Shown here piece after piece: positions 17,359 through 27,101 of a DNA stretch of 63,101 nucleotides. The number at the start of each line of letters is the position of its first letter. The first letter of the stretch is position 1. Under the pieces are notes generated by a model. That model made no database searches. It was not told the origin of the DNA and saw only the letters and a list, made by a program, of their open reading frames with translations. Source of the stretch: an uncultured Eubacteriales bacterium (GTDB lineage Bacteria > Bacillota > Clostridia > Christensenellales > CAG-1252); contig CADBTQ010000061.1 of the NCBI GenBank assembly GCA_902797685.1, positions 1 to 63,101 on the forward strand, read 5' to 3'. Made by a program: the position numbers and the translations under genes.

Positions 17359-18408
17359 TCACCATTTGTTATGTACGTGCTCGGCAAAGCACATTTTGTC
17401 CTTGATCTCGATCACCTTGCCGTCGTCCAACACCGCCTTACCGCTGATCCGCCCAAACACTTGGTGGGGGATCATGCACATGATACCCAAATCGATGGGA
17501 TCCTGACGGTCGATGACGGGGACGAAACTCATTTCAAACCGCCCGTCGTTGGAACTGAACGTCCAAGGGTCGGTATAGCGATACGCGCCTTTGTCGTCCT
17601 TGGGAATGTTGAAGGTCACCTCGTCCAACTTGTGGGATCTGCCCTTGTAAAACAGCATATTTTCGGTGGCGGCGGACGTGTTGCCAAAGCCGTAGCCGAT
17701 GTTCCAACCAAAGGTATTGCCGTCCTCCAATTCCACCTGACCGCTGCCCCAGTACCAGGTGTTGTCGTACGTCCAAACGCCTCTGCCCCAGTCCAAGGTC
17801 GCCAAAGAGCCGTTGTCACGGCCGAAGTGATACTCTTGTCCGTCGAACTTGCACCAGCCCTCGGCTTTCATACAGTTGATCTTTTGGTTGTAATAGAAGT
17901 GCGCCTTTTTGTCGAAGGGGGTGGCGATGACCATGCTCTCCTCGGGGAACTCGGTCAACAGCACGTCGAAAGTAAACGGCTTGCCGCTCTTGCAGTAGTC
18001 TTCCAATTTGCCAAAGAGGTGGCGCGTTTTGCCGTCGTTGGTAAAGGTCATTTCGGCGCGCTTGCCCTTGATGGATACATCCCCTTTTTCGGACGTATTG
18101 GGCATACCCACTTTACCCAAAGGCAGGATCCCCATATCCCCGTCGTTGAGTTGGAAGGGCTTGTCCCCAAACCCCAACAGGGAGATGGACGCGGTGGACG
18201 CATAGCCCACGTCGCTGATGGTCAAACAAAGTCCCACTTCCTGATTGCCGATATAGTAGTAGTCCCACTCTTTGATGCGCATTTTGCCCGCCTTGATGGC
18301 TTTGCGGTCGTATTGCCAGTACAACTTTTTGGCAAATCCCGGCTCGGCGATGTTGCCTTTGGCGTCCAACAAGGGTTGGGGGGCGGTGATCTCGTGTTGT
18401 TTGCTCAT
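17359..18408 (-). CDS. DUF2804-like protein
   Basis: N-terminal ..KEWDYYYIGNQEVGL.. and overall beta-rich composition resemble DUF2804. AAAGGAG RBS. Confidence 0.5.
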   Translation of the reverse strand: MSKQHEITAPQPLLDAKGNIAEPGFAKKLYWQYDRKAIKAGKMRIKEWDYYYIGNQEVGLCLTISDVGYASTASISLLGFGDKPFQLNDGDMGILPLGKVGMPNTSEKGDVSIKGKRAEMTFTNDGKTRHLFGKLEDYCKSGKPFTFDVLLTEFPEESMVIATPFDKKAHFYYNQKINCMKAEGWCKFDGQEYHFGRDNGSLATLDWGRGVWTYDNTWYWGSGQVELEDGNTFGWNIGYGFGNTSAATENMLFYKGRSHKLDEVTFNIPKDDKGAYRYTDPWTFSSNDGRFEMSFVPVIDRQDPIDLGIMCMIPHQVFGRISGKAVLDDGKVIEIKDKMCFAEHVHNKW

Positions 18409-18478
18409 AGTTTTCTCCTTTGGAGCGCTATGCTCCGATCGTTAGGCGACCCGGATGGGTCTATCTTGTATGGTTTGA

Positions 18479-19183
18479 CTAAATCTTACTATCCAACTTG
18501 CCGTCTTGGGCAAGCAAAAACACTCGTCCGTATATCCAACTCGCCTTGATGGGGCCGTAGTCCTCGCTGTCGTTGCTGTTGCCGCGGTTGTCCCCCAAAA
18601 TAAAGTACTCCCCCTCGGCCAACTTGTAGTTGTAGTTGTTGGAAGTGTGGTCGGTCACGCCCAAGGTCGACCAAGTATAGACGAACTTTTCTTCCTTGAC
18701 GTTGTTGACGTACAACTCCCCGTTGACGAAAGCGATCGTGTCCCCGGGGCAACCCACGACCCGCTTGATGACCCTCTTGTAGCCGTTTTCGCCCGTATCC
18801 TCTCCCGCTTGGAGATTGCGAACGAACGGAAGCGAGCGGATAAAGTCGCTGAACGTGGTCTTTTTGGTGGCGGGACAAACCTCTTTGTCGTCGGCAAAGT
18901 CCGCCAAAGTGTACTTGGTGCCGTTGGGCTTAAAACTGCCCAACTCTTCGGGGATATACACCACGACGACGTCCCCTTTTTTGAGGGACTTGTACGCCTT
19001 GTTGATGTACACCTTGCTGCCCGACGACTTGATGGTCGGGGACATACTCGACCCGACCACGCCGATAGACCCGACCCAGTACAACTGGATCAGCCCGACC
19101 GCCACGAAAGCCAAGATAACGACCAACAGTATCTCGACTATGATGACCAACAGTTTTTTCGGTCCAAACTCTTGATTACTCAT
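18479..19183 (-). CDS. lepB: signal peptidase I (S26, bacterial P-type)
   Basis: GSSMSPTI (Ser box), KRVVGCPGDTI (Lys box) and GDNRGNSNDS. Confidence 0.9.
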   Translation of the reverse strand: MSNQEFGPKKLLVIIVEILLVVILAFVAVGLIQLYWVGSIGVVGSSMSPTIKSSGSKVYINKAYKSLKKGDVVVVYIPEELGSFKPNGTKYTLADFADDKEVCPATKKTTFSDFIRSLPFVRNLQAGEDTGENGYKRVIKRVVGCPGDTIAFVNGELYVNNVKEEKFVYTWSTLGVTDHTSNNYNYKLAEGEYFILGDNRGNSNDSEDYGPIKASWIYGRVFLLAQDGKLDSKI

Positions 19184-19184
19184 A

Positions 19185-20810
19185 TTATACCCACAACATA
19201 TTGTTGAACAATATTCCTTCGGCGTGATCGAATTCTATCTTTTTCATGCCGCTCCAGTCTTCCATCGACAAGCGATCTTCGTCGCGGAAGTCGTCCGCGT
19301 CCAACACGAAGCGTTGCCACTCCTTACGTCCTTCGAGGTAGGGGTGGGCGGTATAGACGCGGTATTCGCCCTCGCGGTAGACGGTCATTTTGACCTCGAA
19401 CTCGCGAGTCGAGGTGGTGTACGCCCATATCTGCAAACTGCCCGAGGGCAGCAATCTGCGCTTTTCGCCCACGCAATAGGAGATCAATTTGCCCTCTTTG
19501 GTGACTATGCCTTGTATCCCCTCGGGATCGTGCCCCACCCCGAACACGTCGTCGGGAATGGTAACACCCGTAGTCTCGGCAAAGAAGGTGATATCCATAC
19601 TCGTATCGAACAGCAGTTTGGTGGGCGTGAGCCTCTTGCGGGGCATATCGGGGGTAAGGGCGATGGTGATGGGGGTGGAAGCGATCTCCACGCCGTCGCG
19701 ATACCTGACGCACGCATACGCCACCAACTCCTTGTCACACTCGGCGATATCCACCGTAAAGAGGGTGGACTCCTCTTCCGCGCGGGCGGATTGGCTCTGC
19801 CACGAACGGTACTCGGGATCCTTTTCGTCGTAAGTGAAAAACAAAGATACCGAGGACGCTTTTTTGTCGCTTTGGTCGGGCGTCACGGCAAATTGTATGC
19901 CTTCTTCCCCCACGGTATACGTGAGTTCGGGATTTTGGGGCAACTCCTTGCGGGCGAAATACCGTCCCTCGATCCAACGCCACAAGGTGTGATACGAAGT
20001 GCCGCTCATCTGCGAGTGCAGACGGTTGGACACCACGGTGGCGCACATACTCGCCTCGGGCAACAAAGTCATCAACTTGTCCAAGTTGTCAAAAGCGTGG
20101 GACTCGTGATTGGTAGAGGTAACGATCAACATGGGACACACCGTGTACATGGCGTACGCCGAGGGAGACAGAGCGATCTCCCACTTGTGCACGTTTTCGT
20201 CCTCTTCCAAGGACAAATGCTCCTTGTGTACGGTCATCCCCCAACCGAGCAAGCTGACCCCGCCGTAGAGGCGATCGTCCATGGCGCACAAAGGCCACAC
20301 GATCTCGTTGGCTTGCCTTGCGCCGATCACGATGGGCTTGACCTTGGGAAACAGATCCATCACCAAGGTCACAAAGCGGGAGATCATCCTCGTCCACAAA
20401 AACACGGGGCTGGCTTGAGCCGAAGGCAAACAGTTGTGAAGACCGTGTTGGGCTCTACTCCAACGGCCGTACTCGTAGTCGCCCGAATACTCGGTGCATA
20501 CGCCCCCCTCGCCGATCAAATCGACCACGCCCACGTTGTAGCCCATTTGGGCGATCTCTTTCACCGCGTCCAGCGAGGGATCGCCGAAGTCGGACACGTA
20601 GACGATCATCTTTTTGCCCTTGGGATCGGGCAAATAAAGTCGGGCGAGGGCGCGCACTTTGCCGCCCTCGTCCGCAATGGCGTTGTAAAACAGGGTTTTG
20701 ACGGCGATACCGTCCACCGTCTCGTTGGAGACGTAGTTGACGTCCAAAGGCTGTTTGGTGGGATCGAAGTCCTGCCAAAGCTGTACGGGCGTCAAAAATC
20801 TTGCTTCCAT
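19185..20810 (-). CDS. AXE1/dienelactone-hydrolase-like alpha/beta-fold protein with a degenerate nucleophile elbow
   Basis: N-terminal layout ..LWQDFDP..VRALARLYLPDP..MIVYVSDFG..GYNVGVVDLIGEG. The expected GxSxG position reads VIGARQAN. Confidence 0.4.
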   Translation of the reverse strand: MEARFLTPVQLWQDFDPTKQPLDVNYVSNETVDGIAVKTLFYNAIADEGGKVRALARLYLPDPKGKKMIVYVSDFGDPSLDAVKEIAQMGYNVGVVDLIGEGGVCTEYSGDYEYGRWSRAQHGLHNCLPSAQASPVFLWTRMISRFVTLVMDLFPKVKPIVIGARQANEIVWPLCAMDDRLYGGVSLLGWGMTVHKEHLSLEEDENVHKWEIALSPSAYAMYTVCPMLIVTSTNHESHAFDNLDKLMTLLPEASMCATVVSNRLHSQMSGTSYHTLWRWIEGRYFARKELPQNPELTYTVGEEGIQFAVTPDQSDKKASSVSLFFTYDEKDPEYRSWQSQSARAEEESTLFTVDIAECDKELVAYACVRYRDGVEIASTPITIALTPDMPRKRLTPTKLLFDTSMDITFFAETTGVTIPDDVFGVGHDPEGIQGIVTKEGKLISYCVGEKRRLLPSGSLQIWAYTTSTREFEVKMTVYREGEYRVYTAHPYLEGRKEWQRFVLDADDFRDEDRLSMEDWSGMKKIEFDHAEGILFNNMLWV

Positions 20811-20824
20811 CTATTGTCCTCCGA

Positions 20825-21448
20825 TTAGATCAGACCGAGTATTTGTTGATCGGTCAGTTTGAGTTTGCCCGCCTCTCTCAATAGGGCGCTCACCTCGGGC
20901 AAAGCCTTCGCCAACTCCTCCCGATTTACGCCGCAAGCTTGCACCATCGCCTTGACGAAGGGGGCTTTGCGAGATTCGGGCACGTCCTTTTCGCTAAGCA
21001 CCGAGCACACCGCGTCCGCCACTTCTTCCGCCAAAGTGCCCGTGAGCACGCAGTCGAAATCCATCGCCACGAGGCTGGTGCCTTTGACGATATAGCTGCG
21101 AAGATCCACGTTGCCGATGCGCTTGTCGGGGATGGCGGCGACGAAACCCGTCAATATCTTCGCCAAAGCCTGCGCAAGCAAGGTGACCTTAAAGACGGGA
21201 CCTTGGCTCAACTCCTCGTACAAAGTCTTGCCTTCCACGTAATCCACCAACACTTCGTCGTCGGTACGTTGCACCACTTTGGGAACTTTGACCCCCCTCA
21301 AACGCAATAGAGACAGCATATTGTACTGCATCTCGCAAGCGTCTTTGGTGGCGTAAGCCAACAGATAGTACTTGGTGTTTTGTTTTTCCACCAACAGGAT
21401 CTTGCATTTTTTGGCATGCAAGCCACTGATCTCTTTACATCCCAACAT
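20825..21448 (-). CDS. small atypical protein-kinase-like fold protein
   Basis: Hinge-like LVDYVEGKTLYE, IGNVDLRSYIV in place of HxDxxxxN, and AMDFD in place of DFG. Weak assignment made by eye. Confidence 0.3.
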   Translation of the reverse strand: MLGCKEISGLHAKKCKILLVEKQNTKYYLLAYATKDACEMQYNMLSLLRLRGVKVPKVVQRTDDEVLVDYVEGKTLYEELSQGPVFKVTLLAQALAKILTGFVAAIPDKRIGNVDLRSYIVKGTSLVAMDFDCVLTGTLAEEVADAVCSVLSEKDVPESRKAPFVKAMVQACGVNREELAKALPEVSALLREAGKLKLTDQQILGLI

Positions 21449-21451
21449 AGC

Positions 21452-22174
21452 TCATTCCTCCTTATCCGTTTGAGAAAACACCACTTTGCTCACGGTGCCT
21501 TCCCGACCCAAGATACACACGTCGCCGTGGTACCAATATATGAGGGAATCCCCCTCAACGGAGGCGTCGATCGACTCCCCCGTCGTCAACTCGATCACGC
21601 AACGAGCCCCTTTGGCAAACGCCGACAAAGTAAGGGTCTTGCGGTGATAGCACTCGATCTTGTACTCGCGATGGGTGACGCCGCTGGAGACGTGCTCCCA
21701 CAGCCCCGAGCCCACGCAAAAGTCCTTGATCCCAAACTGTCTCTCGCTCCCGTCGACAGTGACGGAGATGGTCTTGCCCATGCCGCCCAAAGCGTCCACC
21801 GAAGGAAGGGGAACGAACACGTTGTCGAGCGACTCGAACGAGGTATCGGGATCGGCTCTTAGGGTGTACAACCCTTTGCTCGTCTCCTCGAGATAGCATT
21901 TGGAGCAAGCGGCGGGGCTAAGGACGACCAACTTGTTGCCCCTATCCGACGCCCAAACGTCGGTCGAGGTCTCCCCCAAACTCGCGCGAACGTCGTCGAC
22001 TCTGCACACCCCGTCTTGGGTCAGATCTCCCCAATCCACCGTCTTGACTTCGGCGCCCGAAAGCACCAACACGGGCTCTCGTTGGGGAGCGTACTCCCGA
22101 CAAGCGGGCAAAAGGAGAACGCCGCACAAGGCGACCAGCCAAATCAATATACGCAGGATAGGTTTGGCTTTCAT
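21452..22174 (-). CDS. lipoprotein, function unknown
   Basis: Signal peptide with lipobox LLPAC. Confidence 0.65.
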   Translation of the reverse strand: MKAKPILRILIWLVALCGVLLLPACREYAPQREPVLVLSGAEVKTVDWGDLTQDGVCRVDDVRASLGETSTDVWASDRGNKLVVLSPAACSKCYLEETSKGLYTLRADPDTSFESLDNVFVPLPSVDALGGMGKTISVTVDGSERQFGIKDFCVGSGLWEHVSSGVTHREYKIECYHRKTLTLSAFAKGARCVIELTTGESIDASVEGDSLIYWYHGDVCILGREGTVSKVVFSQTDKEE

Positions 22175-22245
22175 ACTTCTCCCCCTACTACACTATACCA
22201 CAATACCTAAGGTATTGTCAAGACAGCCCTTTGGGATTGCGATAA

Positions 22246-23829
22246 TTAAGATAGACCCAGCAAAACGCCGAGTAAAATACCCCCTGCCGTTACGCCCAAG
22301 CCCAAGGGATATTTGACCTTGGCGGGATAGCGGCAATAAGGGGAAACGAAAGCCAACCCCAAGTAGTAAACGGGGATACCGTACACGGCAAAACGAAACC
22401 GCAAAAAGCCGCCGCCCGCAACCCACATCATGGTACGGTTGACCAACAGAACGACCCACTGCACGGGGTACAATACGACCGACAGTCCCGACCAAACGAG
22501 CCCTGACAACGTACCCCAAAACAGCACCGTGTACACCAGGCTCATCAGGGGGACGAACACGAGATTAAAGGGAATGGTCAGCCACGAAATGCCCCCGAAG
22601 AAATAGACGGACAAAGGCGTCACGGACAAAGTGACCGCCAAATTGATGACCAACGCTTCCCGCAAAAAGGAGGGGACTTTGTTAAGAAAGGACAGTTTGG
22701 GAAGCCCTGCCAACCGATCGAACCCACGGCGGAAATAGGGCAACAGCACGATGATCCCGAAGTAGGCGGCAAAACTCAACAAAAAACTGACGTCGAATAG
22801 CCACAACGGCTTGATCAACAACAAAAGTAACGCCGCTCCCGCCCAAGCGGAGGGCGGGTCGTATCGTCTGCCCAAACTTTTGGCGACAAGGAGAGTCATT
22901 GCCATAGTGCCCGCCCGCAATACCGAGGGGCTCCATCCGCACAACCAAGCGTAGGGCAACCATACGACCAAAGTGGGCAACCACCGCCACCTTGCGGGAC
23001 AGCGACACAGGCGAAGAAGCAAGAGTACCGCTCCCACCAACAGTCCTACGTGCAATCCCGATACCGCCAAAAGATGGGCGATCCCCGCCGAACGATAGCC
23101 GGTGACTACGTCGTCGGTCAGTTTGCCCGTCTGCCCCAACAGCATGGCGTAAGATAGACCGCCCGCGTCCCAACCCATGCGGTCGACCAGCACTTTGAGA
23201 ATGGCTTTTTGCGCCTTTTCGTAGGCGTAGAGGACGGGCGTGGTGGACTGGATGTAGATCTCCTCGGCATCCTGCCGATAAAACGTCGAGTCCAACACTT
23301 GGTGCATAGGGTAAGACTTGTAGTAGTTGAGCCTGACGGTAGACACCTTGCCCCACACTCTCACCCAAGCGCCCGCTTTGAGCGGGGTGCCCACCACGTA
23401 GGGCGCGTCGTCGTCCCCGTCCACGTAGCCGTCCAAGTCCACCGTCACCGAGCACTTGCCGGACACCTTGTCGCCCCGTATCGTCAACGAGTCGAGCACC
23501 AGTCCTTCCACGTATCCGTCGGACGAGCGTACCTCGGCGATCCTACCCACCACGGCGGCTTTGCCCGAGTAGTAGGAGGAGCGGCGCACGGTGGTCTCGA
23601 CAGAGAGGACACCGACGGCGGTCGCAAGGAGCAAGACGAGGGCGATCAATCCCATCATCACCTTCTTTCGCACGATCGCCACCACAAAGAGGGGGATGGC
23701 GAGGACGAGAGAAAGGCTAAGCGTGATCCACCACACGTCGATAGACACCGCCAAGATCCCGACTACCGCCGCGACCAACATAAGCGGCAACAGTCGAAAA
23801 GAAAAGGGGATCCAAGCGGCATTTTTCAT
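22246..23829 (-). CDS. comEC: ComEC/Rec2-family membrane protein (no metallo-beta-lactamase domain)
   Basis: GIAHLLAVSGLHVGLL competence motif, polytopic. ATG at 23829 lies just after the upstream terminator; the track start at 23850 is a TTG inside that hairpin. Confidence 0.8.
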   Translation of the reverse strand: MKNAAWIPFSFRLLPLMLVAAVVGILAVSIDVWWITLSLSLVLAIPLFVVAIVRKKVMMGLIALVLLLATAVGVLSVETTVRRSSYYSGKAAVVGRIAEVRSSDGYVEGLVLDSLTIRGDKVSGKCSVTVDLDGYVDGDDDAPYVVGTPLKAGAWVRVWGKVSTVRLNYYKSYPMHQVLDSTFYRQDAEEIYIQSTTPVLYAYEKAQKAILKVLVDRMGWDAGGLSYAMLLGQTGKLTDDVVTGYRSAGIAHLLAVSGLHVGLLVGAVLLLLRLCRCPARWRWLPTLVVWLPYAWLCGWSPSVLRAGTMAMTLLVAKSLGRRYDPPSAWAGAALLLLLIKPLWLFDVSFLLSFAAYFGIIVLLPYFRRGFDRLAGLPKLSFLNKVPSFLREALVINLAVTLSVTPLSVYFFGGISWLTIPFNLVFVPLMSLVYTVLFWGTLSGLVWSGLSVVLYPVQWVVLLVNRTMMWVAGGGFLRFRFAVYGIPVYYLGLAFVSPYCRYPAKVKYPLGLGVTAGGILLGVLLGLS

Positions 23830-23835
23830 AGGTAT

Positions 23836-23858
23836 AAAAAAGGGGCGCAAAGCGCCCC
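23836..23858 (-). terminator. intrinsic terminator after the oxidoreductase gene
   Basis: ggggcgc-aaa-gcgcccc hairpin with T6 on the minus strand. Confidence 0.8.
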
Positions 23859-23866
23859 GTCAAAGA

Positions 23867-25174
23867 CTATTTGAGAAACTTATGTAATTTGGCTTCCCAC
23901 CGGGAGATGGCTTCTTCGTCGTACACTTCGGGGATGGCAAGCGCCACCTTTTTGGCTTTTTCGCCCTTCTTCATCACGCCCGCGATCGCCAACAAAACGT
24001 GCAAACGAGAGATGCCTTTGCAAGCCTTTTGAATGATCTGTTTGACGGTCAGTTTGAAGGGTTCGCCCGTGGCGACCGCACCGAAATCGCTCTCCGCCAA
24101 CACGCCGCTGTCCACCACCCAACGAATATCGTCGGGGTTGCAGTTCAACAGCCAGCGTTTGAGCACGTCCACCGAGCAGAAATCGGCGCCCACTTGTTTG
24201 AAAAAGCGCACTTGATAGTGCCACAGCGCTTCCTTAGACACGCTTTGGTGTTGCACCAACACCTCGGATAGGATCTGCGCCGCGTCCAAGGACGCCGCCA
24301 TGCCCGAGCCGAGCATAGGAATGGTCATAAACGCCGCGTCGCCGATGGCGACGTAGCCGTCCGCCACCATGCGGGTCAAGGGATAACGGATGGGAATACG
24401 GCATACCTTGCCGCCCGAGACGAGCTTGTCGCTCAACACGGGGTTGTCCTCTCTCAACGACTCCAACAACACGTTGAGGGTATTGTCGTCCAACCCGTCC
24501 GCGCGACCGATGAGGATATCCACTTCCTTATCCGCGGGGTCGGCGATACACCAACTGATGCCCTTGCCCCCTTGGTGAAGCAAATACGCGCGGTTGGTCT
24601 CGTGATCGGGAACTTCCACTCCCTCGTTGCGCTCGAAGAAGCCGCGAAACGCCGAAAACACTTCGTATTGATCGGGTTTTTGTTGGATCTTGTACACCTC
24701 GGGCACCATCTCGCGCAGACGGCTGTCCACGCCCGTGCAGTCGATGACCAAGTCGGCTTTGACGTTGTGATCGTCCACGGCAAGACCCAACACCTTGTCC
24801 TCTTTGACCCACAGTCCCACCGTGGTCTCAAACTCGAACTTGGCGCCCGCCTCGCGAGCCAAACCGATCAACCAATGCAACAGAGGACGGCGCATGATGG
24901 TGTAGTCGGTCGCCACTTCCAAGGGGACGAACAAATGTTTGGGCGAGCCGGGGACGACGAACGTCCAGTTGCGTTTTTCCCTGCGCATACTCTCGTCGGG
25001 TTGGGGCAAGCCCACTCGGGCAAACACGTCTTTGGCGATGTCGTCGTGCCAATCGTACGTCACCTTGTCGTAGCTTTTCGCTTCGTACACGGTCACGTCA
25101 AACCCGTTTTGCGCCAATCTGTAAGCTGCCATTACGCCGCCGATGCCCGCACCGGCTACCAACACTTTTGCCAT
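23867..25174 (-). CDS. FAD-dependent oxidoreductase (geranylgeranyl-reductase-like)
   Basis: N-terminal GAGIGG dinucleotide fold (KVLVAGAGIGGVMAAYRLAQNG). GGAGG RBS. Confidence 0.75.
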   Translation of the reverse strand: MAKVLVAGAGIGGVMAAYRLAQNGFDVTVYEAKSYDKVTYDWHDDIAKDVFARVGLPQPDESMRREKRNWTFVVPGSPKHLFVPLEVATDYTIMRRPLLHWLIGLAREAGAKFEFETTVGLWVKEDKVLGLAVDDHNVKADLVIDCTGVDSRLREMVPEVYKIQQKPDQYEVFSAFRGFFERNEGVEVPDHETNRAYLLHQGGKGISWCIADPADKEVDILIGRADGLDDNTLNVLLESLREDNPVLSDKLVSGGKVCRIPIRYPLTRMVADGYVAIGDAAFMTIPMLGSGMAASLDAAQILSEVLVQHQSVSKEALWHYQVRFFKQVGADFCSVDVLKRWLLNCNPDDIRWVVDSGVLAESDFGAVATGEPFKLTVKQIIQKACKGISRLHVLLAIAGVMKKGEKAKKVALAIPEVYDEEAISRWEAKLHKFLK

Positions 25175-25183
25175 AGTATCCTC

Positions 25184-26098
25184 CTAAAATCCGTAGTTGC
25201 CGGGGGTGACGAACCACCCGGTGATGAGCGCAAGTAGCGCCGCAATGATGACTTGATGTATGACGACCACCCACAACGTGTGCCTACCCACGAAGGAAAC
25301 GGGGCGTTGCCAACCCCTGTCCAGACGGGGCAACAAACTGCGCTTGGCGGGGTACAACAGCCCGACCAACCCCACCCCGAACAACACGCGGGAAAGGTAG
25401 GGGAAACATACGGCGGGATATTTGTCCGCCAAATAGACGTTGGACCCCAGTATCGGGAAACCGTCGCCGGGAGTAAAAGCGTACATATCCCCCATCTTTT
25501 CGGACAAAATACAATTCCAAACGGGCGTAGTCGGGTAGGCGGTGGGGCGTATGACCAACCAGTTGACGAGATACAGCCCAAACGCCAGTCCCCAAGCGAC
25601 TGCTGTCCTAACGTAGGGTCTATCGGGGAAAGCGGCGTACACCAACGCGCCGAAAGCGGCGCATACCGCCAACATGTGCAACACGCCGAAGCGGACGGCA
25701 AACCCCTCTCCCCCAAACACCAACGCTTCCAACGTAGTGGTAGCGGCGGTGATGACCACCGCGCAAGCGGCGATCTTGAAGATACGAATGGGGTTGTTGC
25801 GGCTAAACGCCACGCTCATACCCGTCAGAGTGCAAAAGATCCACAATACGATATCCTGCACCCAATAGCGCAATTCCCAGTAGCAGTACTGCTGACACAA
25901 TACCGCGATGGTCTTAGCCGCGCCCCCCGCCGATACCCAGTTGTCGCCGAATATGTACCATATATCGAACAGGGTGTGGTCGAGGATCATCAACAGCACG
26001 CAGATCCCTCTCAAAAAGTCCAACTCCCATATCCGTCGACGAACAGGGGGAAGTAACCGACTGTCGGGGATCGCCACCCCGTCCACAAAGATCGTCAT
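25184..26098 (-). CDS. DUF1624 / heparan-alpha-glucosaminide N-acetyltransferase-like membrane protein
   Basis: RIWELDFLRGICVLLMILDH N-terminal signature, polytopic. Confidence 0.65.
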   Translation of the reverse strand: MTIFVDGVAIPDSRLLPPVRRRIWELDFLRGICVLLMILDHTLFDIWYIFGDNWVSAGGAAKTIAVLCQQYCYWELRYWVQDIVLWIFCTLTGMSVAFSRNNPIRIFKIAACAVVITAATTTLEALVFGGEGFAVRFGVLHMLAVCAAFGALVYAAFPDRPYVRTAVAWGLAFGLYLVNWLVIRPTAYPTTPVWNCILSEKMGDMYAFTPGDGFPILGSNVYLADKYPAVCFPYLSRVLFGVGLVGLLYPAKRSLLPRLDRGWQRPVSFVGRHTLWVVVIHQVIIAALLALITGWFVTPGNYGF

Positions 26099-26673
26099 GC
26101 GCCCTGCCCGGGTTTTTCTTCCCTTCGCAAAAACTGCACCGAGTTGTGGTCGTCGTAGTACACGTCAAAGTGATCGTCGTACTCTTGGATGAGCAAGTTG
26201 GGGTTGACCTCGCTGTGATACACAAACAAGGGCTGCCCCGCCCCCTGCTCCCTCTCGGGACGTTTGACTTCCCGCACCACGCGGCGTTTGCGCTGCCTCT
26301 TGGGGGGCACGGCGGCACGGATAGCGGCGCCCGAGCCCGCCACGATGGTGTAGACGGGTTTGTTGGAATAAGAGTGAATGAACAAACAGACGGACACCCC
26401 AAAGCAAAGGGCAAGTCCCACGTAAAAGAGGATGCTGTCCACCGACACGACCTCGAAGTCGAAAGCGCCGACGGCGACCAAGATCACCCCAAAGAGAAAA
26501 TAGCCGAAGGGCACGTACAACCCAAAATACACGATCACTTTGGCAAGGATCTTGACAAACTCCTTGACGATCGTGTAGGTCAGTTTAAGGGCGGCCAATA
26601 GCGCGACTATCAGCACCAGTCGAGTCCCCGACTTGCCCTCCGTAGCTTTGTTGGTGATCAGCGATTCCAGCAT
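26095..26673 (-). CDS. hypothetical membrane protein
   Basis: Three predicted TM helices and a basic linker. The stop overlaps the downstream start (ATGA). Confidence 0.5.
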   Translation of the reverse strand: MLESLITNKATEGKSGTRLVLIVALLAALKLTYTIVKEFVKILAKVIVYFGLYVPFGYFLFGVILVAVGAFDFEVVSVDSILFYVGLALCFGVSVCLFIHSYSNKPVYTIVAGSGAAIRAAVPPKRQRKRRVVREVKRPEREQGAGQPLFVYHSEVNPNLLIQEYDDHFDVYYDDHNSVQFLRREEKPGQGA

Positions 26674-26759
26674 AACGTACCTTGCTCGGTATAAGAAAAA
26701 CGCTCTCCCTTATACCGATTATAACCATTATACCACGTATCGACACCGAGTTCAACAAA

Positions 26760-27100
26760 AAGTTTGAAATATGCTCCGCATCACGCAAGCGATTTGCGCC
26801 CTTCCCAAGCGAAGCGAGGAGGAAAGGGTATAAAGCGCGCCGACGGCGCTTACATGGATAAGATACGCTCCAATCGGACTTTGTCCTCCCTCGGTATGAC
26901 GAGACTTCATAGACGGTCAGGCGGTATCTCATCGCCAAGGCGCACGCCTTCCTTATCAAGGGGGTCCCCGCAAAGCGCAGAGCCAAAGGCGAACGCTTTG
27001 TGGGGGCGTTTGCCGCAAGGTGCAATTCACGCCGTTAGGTCAATTCATGCCGAAGGCAATTCACGCTCCGTTAGGAGCAATTCATCCACCTGTCGGTGAG
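26760..27100. repeat. intergenic mosaic (region R4) ending in an inverted-orientation CAATTCA(C/T) array
   Basis: 26856-26877 is the inverted copy of 6237-6258 (1 mismatch). Cores at 27023, 27041, 27057 and 27078. Confidence 0.85.
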
Positions 27101-27101
27101 A

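Noticed and set aside
18479-19183. Signal peptidase as the SipW-type partner of the 401..3246 proteins
   Set aside because: It has the Ser box (SMSPT) and Lys box (KRVVG) of ordinary P-type LepB, not an ER-type Ser/His SipW. It is also 15 kb away in an unrelated operon.
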